A stretch of 64,000 bases of DNA from Octopus vulgaris. Taxonomy: Eukaryota. The notes below the pieces were generated by a model. The model saw nothing but the letters and a program-made list of their open reading frames with translations, did not search any database and was not told the DNA's origin. The translations under genes were made by a program, and so were the position numbers. Shown one piece after another: positions 27,091-37,205 of this stretch; within the stretch, counting starts at the first letter, position 1; each line of letters opens with the position of its first letter. Where the stretch lies: contig OX597818.1 of assembly GCA_951406725.2 (NCBI GenBank), positions 38,502,001 to 38,566,000 of the forward strand, written 5' to 3'.

Positions 27091-28429
27091 TATGGGTAGA
27101 AATTTATTGTGACTCTTGTTTCTACACTCACTAGCAAATTTCCTTTTTGCTGTTGGATTATTTCCCCACTTTGTTTTAATTTTAATTTTTTTATATATTC
27201 ATCAACACCCTCTTTATTTATTTGCATCCTTGTGACATCTGTCTGTTATTACAACTTCTAAAGCCTTTACATACTTGACTAAAGAGAAATACTAGTCAAA
27301 AAAATATTTGGTGTTTATAGTATGGAAATGATGATTTCCCTACCACACCCTATTTCAGGCCATGCTGACTTGCACATTTGTTTTTTTTTTTCTTCTCCAC
27401 AAAAATAAAACCTACGGCAGTACCCAACATCTGTTCATAAGTCTTCCAAATTTTGATACCATATTTTGTTAGAAACATATCTAGCTTTTATACCTTACTA
27501 TCTTTCACTTGTGAACAACCTTTATCATGATTTTCAAGGCTATTTATAGAACTAAAGTGTCTTGTAAAGTGTTCATTAGGGGTTGTATTTTGAACAACAA
27601 GCCATAGTTTCATTTCCCAAATAGTGTACTATTAGTTACATATATGAAAATACTGACTCGGCTTTTAAATACATGTGTGAGTAGCTACAGGTAAGATTCA
27701 TCAGAGCTGCAGTAGTTGGTAGTCCATTGGCCTAGTTTCTTTTATCCATTATTATATTTATGACAAAAATGTCTGAATTTCATCTAAGTATCTGGGACTT
27801 TATTTGTTCTTTTTTTACTCTTTATTTATGGTCTCCATGTTGATTGTCTGGAACACTTACATTGTTAAAAGAAATAGTATTTTTTTTTTATCAATAAACA
27901 GGAACACTAATTACAATGGGAAAGAAATATTTTTAAAAGTTTCACTTCATTCTGCTTCTGTTATCAATTTATTGTTTGTTTTCACTCTTGTTGTTTGAGT
28001 TGTTTCCGCTCTCAGAAATTGATATATAATCATCCACTTGATTATGGTTGTATTTTTCACATGCTGCTGCATTTGTTCTTTCAAAAACACTTCAAATTTC
28101 GAGTTACTGCTCCTAAATCTGAAGCTGGTATCCATATTAGAAAGGGTAGAGAGCATTACAGAAATAATTTTTTAAATGGATGTGGAGAAAAATGACCAAA
28201 ATTTCAGAGGACAAATTGTAACAATATTACAAAATCTTTACCTAGTGAAATCTTGTATTATCACTGATATGAATTTAGATTTAATTGACCAGAAAAATAC
28301 AGGCAGTTTCTGTGGATTGGTAGCATAGGTAGGACAAAAAATGGTCTCGGGCAGTATTGGTAATGAATGTGTTAACTTACATGGCTGTTTTGAAAAAAAC
28401 TTTTATCTGAACTATTTGTTTATCTCCAG

Positions 28430-28507
28430 CCTTCAAGCAATGCTGCTGCTCTGAAAGAAGAAAAAGTTGCCATGTTAACTGAACGGATTAATGATTTAGT
28501 TCAACAG
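28430..28507 (+). CDS. LUC7L3: LUC7L3 exon 5
   Basis: ccag|PSSNAAALKEEKVAMLTERINDLVQQ|gtatgt. Confidence 0.94.
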
Positions 28508-29784
28508 GTATGTACTAATTACACTATCAAGGGTGAGTTCATCTTGTGTATCGTAGAAAAAATAGATTATAGCATTTGAACAATTTTTTGAAGATTATTC
28601 TAGCCTGATGTACAAATTTGTTGTGCTGTAAATAAAAACAACTATAAAGTATTCAGTACGTACCATTGTACTTTTGCTTTTCTCATGGCCCAAAACTTAC
28701 ATCGACTGGTGTCTTATCAAATTGGTTGCTTTGTAAGTGTAGGTATTCTTTTCAGTAAAATAGTTTGTATAAATAATACTTGTAACTGTATTGATTACTC
28801 TAAGCTAGAAACAGTATGATAAACATTTTAGTCAGTTGATGAGAACATCCGTATAATTTAATGTTTGTCTTAACTTTTATAGAAATATCCTATAGTTTCC
28901 AACTGAATGTTGTCTATCTATGGAAATTGAGTTATCTAGCTTAATTTCATTTGAAACTTGAAAGAACCGACAATAGTTTTAAATAGTATTCATATTTAGA
29001 TTGAAAACTTATTTTTTTGCTTGAAGTACCAAGAATAGTTTGAGAAAGCTTAATATTGAAGTATCTTCATTCAATGATTCAGAAATTTATTAACCTTAAA
29101 TTTTTACAATCCAGTTAATGAAATTAAGGTAGTGGCTTGTTGAGAAGATTAGTATTAAGTTTGTTCATGTCACATTCAATTGATTACATCAGCTTGATGC
29201 CAAATAACTGCTCAATATTATCTTAATTTTTAAAGCAGTGAGCTGGCAGAACTGTTAGCATGCTGAGCAAAATGCTTAGCAGCGTTTCATCTGTCACTAC
29301 ATTTTGAGTTCAAATTCCACTGAGGCCAGTTTTACCTTTCATCCTTTTGGGGTTGATGGTAAATGATTTAATCCCTCCCTTGAAATTACTGGCCTTATGC
29401 CAAAATTTGAAATCATTATTATGTTAATTTGTTTTAACTACATGCACAGAAGAATTGTTCCTACAAACTGTTTGTAGTCTTTGTTCAATTCAGCCTAACA
29501 TATTTCAGAATTAACTAAATAAAAAAAAAAATTATGGCTTATATATATGAAAAATAAGTAATAGATTTTGTTTATATAGCAGTATATTACATGACTCCCT
29601 CTCTTCATAAATTTCTATCTATCTGTTCGGCTGATTTGTATCAGTGTCAAACGAGTCTGCATTGTTATCAGACATTTGAATATTTCCTTTGCACTGATAT
29701 GAACAGATTGCTTGTATCTATTCTTAATAACCTCTTCAAGTTACATTGGATTTATTTTATTGCATTTGTTTTTTATTTTCTCAG

Positions 29785-29880
29785 GCAGAAAATTTGGGTT
29801 GTGAAGGAAAAGTTGAAGAAGCTCAAGGTGTTATGAAATTATGTGATTTACTAAGAGAGGAGAGGAAAGTTTTAGAAAAT
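29785..29880 (+). CDS. LUC7L3: LUC7L3 exon 6
   Basis: tcag|AENLGCEGKVEEAQGVMKLCDLLREERKVLEN|gtaagt. Confidence 0.96.
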
Positions 29881-30030
29881 GTAAGTTGAAAATAGTCTTA
29901 TTCTAATAAGAAATTTATATTTTTGAAAGATTTTCTGCTAAAATACCGAACAATTGTATCTTAACTTTTTGCTCATTTTTATGATGTTTTGTATGACATT
30001 TTACAAATGGAATTTGTTTTTTCATTTTAG

Positions 30031-30204
30031 CAAACCCGGCAAAACAGTCAAACGCCAGAAAGTGAAAAAACCATGGAAGTGTGTAATGTATGTGGTGCAC
30101 TCCTTGTTGTTGGAGACATTCAGCAGCGTATTGATGAACATATCATGGGAAAACAGCATTCTGGTTATGCCAGGATCAGAACGTATGTTGAAGAAAGAAA
30201 GCAG
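30031..30204 (+). CDS. LUC7L3: LUC7L3 exon 7 (zinc finger 2)
   Basis: ttag|QTRQ...MEVCNVCGALLVVGDIQQRIDEHIMGKQHSGYARIRTYVEERKQ|gtttgt. Confidence 0.96.
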
Positions 30205-31063
30205 GTTTGTGGCATGAGAACATTTTTAGTTTTTGTAAAATCATTTCTATTACATATGTAAAGAACTCTTCAATGTATTTGTCTTGAAATTTATATTTTT
30301 AACACTTTAATTTAGAACAAAATTTCAAGCTTGAAATATTTTGGAAAATACATTTTAATACTGGTATCTAAATGACAGACCATTCTTTGCTCATATAAGT
30401 AATTTCAGTAGTAACCACTAGATAACTAATCAGGATATTTAACAGTTTCATACACAAAATGGTAGTTTTTTTCATATTTAAAAAGTATTACCATGTTCAG
30501 TGTTTTGCTATGCATGCTCTTATGATTTTCCTATACTGAATTGGAACAATGTTAACGAGAAGCAATTATTTGAGGAGACATTGTTTCTCTCCCATTCATT
30601 TGTAAAAACCTTTCCTACTGTCATTTGTTGCAAACTGAAGTATGAAAAGTGAGTTGTTAATTTTATTGGCTAAGCAAGCAGCAATAATAACAAGTTAAAA
30701 ATTAACAAGAGCAAAAAACTGTTTTCCAGTCATGTACTGTTTTTATTAGAGCAAAATGCAGTTGAATTTGCTTCAAAGAAAAATGAAGCCACTTGTCTAT
30801 TGTTCATCAAAATAAGGCTTTTCCTTTCGTGCTACTTATTTTTCTAACAGACTTGAATACTGCATCTATTTAAAAAAATTAACAATTAACAATTAAAAAT
30901 TTAAATTGTCCTCTGGATTTATATTGTTTAACCTGTGCTCTATACCCATCAATGTAATGATAATTTAGAAAAGTTTAAATGTAGTAATAAATAATCTTTG
31001 GGAGAATCAAATATTTTGTATTTGATTATTTCTATTAATTATACTATTTGTATATTATATTAG

Positions 31064-31275
31064 AGAAAGTTACAATCTGCAGAAGAAAGAGAAGCTCGAC
31101 TTGTCAGAGAGAAAGAAGAACGTGAAAAAGAAAGAGAGCGGGAAAAAGAGAAAGAACGAGAAGAGAAACGTAGGAAAGAAAAGGAAAGGGAGAAAGAAAG
31201 GGAGAGGCAAAGAGAACGAGAAAAAAGACGACGGCGTAGCCGTAGTCGAACCAGGAGGAGTAGAAGCAGAGAAAG
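31064..31275 (+). CDS. LUC7L3: LUC7L3 exon 8 (RE-rich region, start of RS domain)
   Basis: ttag|RKLQSAEEREARLVREKEEREKERER...RRRRSRSRTRRSRSRE(R)|gtaatt. Confidence 0.94.
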
Positions 31276-32974
31276 GTAATTTTGTTATGACTTGAAGTCT
31301 TCTCATTATCATTTCAGAGTCTGTTTATACACTGTTATGGGTTTCACTGTTTTGTCTGTATCACATCTATCCGTAATTTGGGGTCATTTGTTTATTATAT
31401 TTGTTTTAGTTACATCTATTTATGTTTGACTTCATTACATGTATCTATGTTTACTTTGGTCTACTGCTACAATTGAGATCCTCTCCAGCATCAGCACACA
31501 GCAACTTTTCATTAAACATTCAAAACAAATTATCAAATATATTCAAATTAACTTTTTTAAAAGAGTGTGCATTTTGCTCTAGTATAACCATCTCCTACAA
31601 TATTAGAGCATAATTTCAAAGGACACAAAACTGATAATTTTTCTTAGCAATGCAAATGTTGAAACAGTTTCCTACAGAATTATTGACTATCAGGTTTGAC
31701 TATTTTTGGCAAAGATGATTTTCTACCAAGTAGGATTGTAATTGATCCCATTACAGTAAAGGTTGTATAATATACTGTACAGAGCCTAACATCTCTGATG
31801 CCAGTATCCAGTCAATTCCAAATCCTTTTGAAACAGTAATTTCTTCATTAAATTATGGCATTCAAGCTCTGTTATAGCCCTAGCATTCTAGTGGGCCATT
31901 ACTGTTATTTGCCAGATGGAAAAGTAGACCAGTTTGTATTAATTGCCCGGGTTAATACAGATGGAGATGTTAGTTTAAGCTCCCAGCATAATATTGGTGG
32001 GAATATCCTTTGACTTGAAATTCATATGCAAAGTTTCCTCAAAAATTGATGTCTAGGCATGTTCCTAAGATATGCTTGTAAGCTACTCTAGTCTGAAAAT
32101 GTTTATTTGTTAACATAGAACCAGATTGCTCTTATAAATTTAAGTTTGATGACATATTGCAGTAGGTACTTGATGTAAAAATCTTGAATGCTTAATCTAT
32201 TTTACACTTTCCAGTTGGCTTGTGGTAATCAAAACACATTCCACAGTTTTATCACATGATACCTCACACCTGACTACATTTGCAGAGGTTTGTCAGTACT
32301 TTGTGGTTTTACGTACTATGCTTTGCTGATGAGGGCTGCTAGTGCAAGCAAAACTTCATGTACATTTATAAGTTAACTTCTGTGAGGCTCTACTCAAATG
32401 CTTATGTGTCTCTTTTTTTCTAAAGAATCAAGTCCTGAAGTTTAAACTTCAAATGTGCTTTGCTCCTCTGGCAGCTAAACAAATCACCACTGAATGGGCA
32501 TCATTCAAAGACAGTTTATGGTAGTCTGCAAATATCTTAGCTTGGTCACTGGCCCAGAGAAAGGCAACTTCAACAGCTAGAACAATTCCATCTAGCTAAC
32601 CAAGGAATGAAAGCTCATGAAACCAGAACATCCAGTTATAAAGTGTCAACAAGACAGACCACAATATAAAGAATGTAGGACTGTAATAAATATTGGTAAT
32701 AGATAGGCTCTGATATAAAAAGTTTTCCACTAAACTGAAATATTATCTTAGAAATATTGCATTTCTAAATCTCTCAGAGAGACTTATACAGTAGCAGCAT
32801 GATAAAGTGATGATTTGTTGCCAACTTAATATGGCAATCCCAGGAAAGGGATGAGTGCTACTGTTATTTAGCCCAAGGAAGCATCGTTTCCAGTTAGCTA
32901 CGTGACACAAGCATTCTGTGTCCTTAAGTTTTCAAACAGGGGAGATAAGTACCTCCACCCAGCAGAGCCAGCCA

Positions 32975-33015
32975 CCAGAGACTAGTTTCAGAGTTATTAC
33001 TCTTCATCAGTCTGG
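32975..33015 (-). ncRNA. minimal type I hammerhead ribozyme
   Basis: Minus strand CCAGA-CTGATGA-AGAGT aata ACTCT-GAAA-CTAG-TC-TCTGG: stems I and II fully paired, complete core, GUC cleavage triplet. Confidence 0.85.
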
Positions 33016-33679
33016 AGTAGCTTGGCTTGCTAGCTGTCAGTGCTTCTTTGCATTTGAAAACTTATAGAATTTCAAGTGAAATAAATTCACTGATCTACAA
33101 AATTAGAAATATTGCATTTCTAAATCTCTCAGAGAGATTTATATTTTATTATTCCTAATCATAATAATGATAGAGTAATCTGTAGTAACTACAGTAGAAT
33201 CAGCTTGATTAATCTTTCTTTGAAAGTCTTTTACCATCTCCTCAATCATTTCTGCCATGCTAGCACTGCATATTTTTAGCATCATAGCATTAATAATAAT
33301 TATCATAATAATACTTATGGTGTTTTCCCAAATAAAGTGAGGTTTGAGCCTAGTTCTGAGTTATAGTCAGTGTTATAACTTCATTGGCCTCTTTCAATGT
33401 CATCCTTTATTGATTAATGCCATTTGTCTTTGTTGTTCTTTTAAACCTATATATAGTTAGGTGTTAAATTTAATCACAGTTTGTATCAGCTTTGGACCAG
33501 TGGATTGAAAATTGCAGAAATGGTGTTAATGGGAAGTTTAGGAAACTTTTATTCATTAGCAACCCCCCCAAAAAAAAAGAAATTAAAAAGAACTAAATAT
33601 ACATTTGTAGCATTGATGTAGATCCTATTAGAAATGAAAATGATACCAATTTGAGCTTGAAAAATAATATGAGGAAGCA

Positions 33680-34043
33680 TGCTGATGGCACACAATAAGC
33701 ACCATTCATGTGTGGGTTGATGCCAGTGCTGCCTGACTGGCTCCCCATGCTGGTGGCATGTAAAAAGCACCATCTGAACATGGTCAATGCCAGCCACTCC
33801 TCCCCGACTGGCTCCTGTGCCGGTAGCACATAAAAAGCACCATCCAAGCATGGCTGATGCCAGTGGCACATAAAAAGCATCCGCTACACTCACGGAGTGG
33901 TTGGCGTTAAGAAGGGCATCCAGCTGTAGAAACCTTGCCAGATTTGATTGTAGTCTGGTGCAACCTCCTGGCTTGCCTGTCCCCAGTCAATCCATCCAAC
34001 CCATGCCAGCATGGAAAACTGATGTTAAATGATGATGATGATG
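33680..34043 (+). mobile_element. RTE 3'-tail copy
   Basis: Same family; ends GTTAAAT(GAT)n. Confidence 0.88.
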
Positions 34044-34415
34044 AAGGCAGCTAAGAATGGAAGATATGAGAATGATATTTTGTTTGTATGTATCCATACA
34101 TGTGGACACACTGGCTATTAATTTAACACATTTAAGACCACCAAATGAAAAAAATCAAATTTTTCTCTAGTCAAGGGCATTACTGTTTCCTTTACTCCAT
34201 CAAGCTGGAAATAGATTCAACTCCCACTTCACATTTGGGTTCTTTGCAGTATGAATGTCATCAAATTCTAAAACCTTATAATACATTGTCCAAATTTGAA
34301 ATACTTTGCTGTTACCTTGAAAAAAATGGTATAGTATGTTGTATTTTCTGGATTAGTTTGGTTTAGAAAATCAAACCTCAAAAATTCATTAATTTATTTT
34401 CTCTTGTATTTTTAG

Positions 34416-34819
34416 GAAGAGACGTTCCAGAAGCCATGGTCATCGATCTCAAAGATCAAGTAGTAGAGAAAAACATAAAATTGCTCGTCGGCATCGTTCA
34501 CGGAGTCATTCTAGTTCTAGAAGCCATTCCTCTCGTCAGTCAAATCATCATAGAAGGTCTCGGAGTAGAGAATTTAAACATAGATCAGGTAGTAAAGAAC
34601 CCAAATACAGATCACGGAGTCCTGATTCTAAAAATGGCTCACCTAGCTATGAACTAAGTAAATATCATTCAAGGAGTCATGAACTTAAACATCGCTCTGG
34701 TAGCCAGGATTCAAGTTATCGGTCATTCAGCCAAGAAACCAGGCAGTACTCAAATAGTAATGATTCAAAGCAGCGACCAGGCAATAATTGTGACAGGAAA
34801 ATTTTATATTTAGAAAATG
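34416..34819 (+). CDS. LUC7L3: LUC7L3 exon 9 (RS domain)
   Basis: ttttag|KRRSRSHGHRSQRSSSRE...RKILYLEN|gtaagt; open across 404 nt in the required phase. Confidence 0.92.
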
Positions 34820-35211
34820 GTAAGTTATAATTTTGATCATCAGATAAAACACTTTATAAATTCTGCCTCAGTGCAGCGAACTATTAATTTTGTCATTTTT
34901 ATTTATTGAGCTATTTTGTGGTTTATAGCTGACCAAATTGGTAGGATGTCAGCCTATTGGATTAATTTATGCTGAGCTGTATTCCTGCTAAAGACAATTA
35001 ATTCTTAGTTTACCTAATTATATATGGGTGCTAAATAGGGATGCAATTTACTGTTATAAGACGCAAGAGTGCTGTAATTACATGTTTATTAGTTGGCAGA
35101 ATGTACACGAATATTCTCCTGTTTATGATGTGGAATGAAATTTGTCTGGCTGACTTAAAGTAGATGTATGATATGAATGCATAAATCTTCATACTTGTAT
35201 ACTATATAAGA

Positions 35212-35609
35212 CTAGCAGTATCGCCCGGCGTTGCTCGGGTTTGTAAGGGATATAACTATATAAGCATTTTTAGAGAGTTATAGCCAAAAAATAGCAAAAA
35301 AATGCACTAAAAATGGGAAAAAAATGATAGTAAATTTTTTTTTAAATCGTTGACCCATCGTAGACATTTTTAGAGAGTTACTTCCCTTACATAATAGCGA
35401 AAAAATGCATTAAAATGGGAAAAAATGATGGTAAATTTTTTTTTAAATCGTAGACTCATCGTAGATGTGTGCTAATACCCAGAAGGGCTTGATATGAATC
35501 ACGACTATAAGATACCCGGTTTTGGTTAAACTGCACCGCAAAATGTGGGAGTAGTTAGGAATCTAAATCGTAGGAGACAGACACACAACTTCACTTTTAT
35601 ATATAAAGA
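35212..35609 (-). mobile_element. non-autonomous Helitron
   Basis: TC...CTAG termini, GC hairpin, A^T target; closely similar to 24126-24523. Confidence 0.88.
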
Positions 35610-37050
35610 TTTACTACCGCTCACAAGATTAGTAACATATAGATTTGGAACCTTACTTTTTGGAGCAATAAATTAAGATTTGAAATAAGTTGCTTTGCAT
35701 TAGATTTTAAATATGTTGTAAATCCTTTTGCAGAAACTTATACACAATATATATCATGAAATAAAAATATGTTCTTGAAGGCATATTAAAATACTTAGGT
35801 ACTATAAATCTCTAAGAATTTAGAGAGCTAACACTGCTACCTCATTACTGCACTGTTTTCTTTTGAATGCTTATTATTTTTGCTGTAACTAACATTACTC
35901 CAATGAAGTTTTACCCAAATTGAAACAGTACTAAAAAGGAAGTATCGAGAAATAATTAGTTTAAGTATAGTGGATGAGATATTATAGAGGTGGTTGGAGA
36001 AATGTATGTGTTCAGGTGGAGATGTTATTGAGAAGAGTTGACATTATTCAAAAAGTGGATGGTACTCTATTGAATGTAGTTATCCAAAACATGTGAGTAA
36101 TATACAAGTCAAATATACATGCGTTTCAATTATGCTTATTTTATTTCTTTCTATGTAGTTGTGAAATTGGTCCCTACAAACTAAGGACCTTATTGTTTCA
36201 TGGTATTTGATAACTAGTGGTAATTATGTTCATGACATTGATTATATATGAATGTATGATCTCTGGGAATGTTGCTCTGGGAAGCCACTATCATCCATTA
36301 TGAAAATCCTCTTTCTTTGTAAAGTTGGCTACACATGTCAACATCCTTTTGACACCTTCATCTATTTTCCAGTAATCCAACTCCATACTGAGCTTGGTTT
36401 GGTAGCAGTTCCTTAGTAATCAAATGCTCATTGAAGTAAACAATGCATTGGTTCCTGGCCAAATGTATAAAGTTTACACTAGTGGTCTAGTTTCAGATTG
36501 TTTTGGCAACTAAAAGACAAAAGTGAGCTAAGCCTGATAGGTTGAGTACTGAAATGTTTTATGGCTGTTATGCAAGACAATCTTTAATGAAATATTATCT
36601 CTATATGTAATTAATCATGTAATTAATCATGTAACCATCAAGAAAGTTTGTTAAGTCTAGCATTTGCATGAAGTATGTTTTCAATTGTGTTGAACATGAA
36701 TTGTGAAATTCAAAACCTTTTTTCATGATGTGTGATGTTTATGCTTTGGTGCTATACAAAGACATCAATTATGTCAATATCTGTTGAAATAAAAAAAAAC
36801 AAAAATACTCTTTACGTTTACAGTATTTTGGATGTGTCTTGCATTTTACATTTTTGTAAATTTTGGTTTCATAATTTTCTGTGATTCCTTTATTGTATAA
36901 AATCTATTTAAAGCACAAAATTGTACATAATTTGTATACATGAGAAACACTGAAAACTTGACCAGGAAATATCACAAAATATTGCAATTCTTAGATCATA
37001 TAAATCTATATCTTTAGAGCTTAGGTATTCCAATTTTATTTTAAATCCAG

Positions 37051-37205
37051 ATAAGCAGTTAATGTACAACGATGACAACACCCAGCATATGGAGATGATG
37101 CACTATGATAAATATGAAGATGGTGAAATTCCATCAGACAGCCGTGCTGATATTGATGATAGTAATGAAGAGACTGGCACACATTCTGAAGGTGACACTA
37201 AATGA
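37051..37205 (+). CDS. LUC7L3: LUC7L3 exon 10 (acidic tail, stop)
   Basis: ccag|(D)KQLMYNDD...YEDGEIPSDSRADIDDSNEETGTHSEGDTK*; phase fits; summed CDS is 1470 nt. Confidence 0.85.

Noticed and set aside
32326-32380. Sense-strand CTGATGAG...GCAAAAC hammerhead-like motif in intron 8
   Set aside because: GAAA is missing and no stem I forms; at most a decayed relic.
31070-34657. Alternative-frame and antisense ORFs over LUC7L3 exons 8 and 9
   Set aside because: Shadows of low-complexity RE/RS coding sequence.
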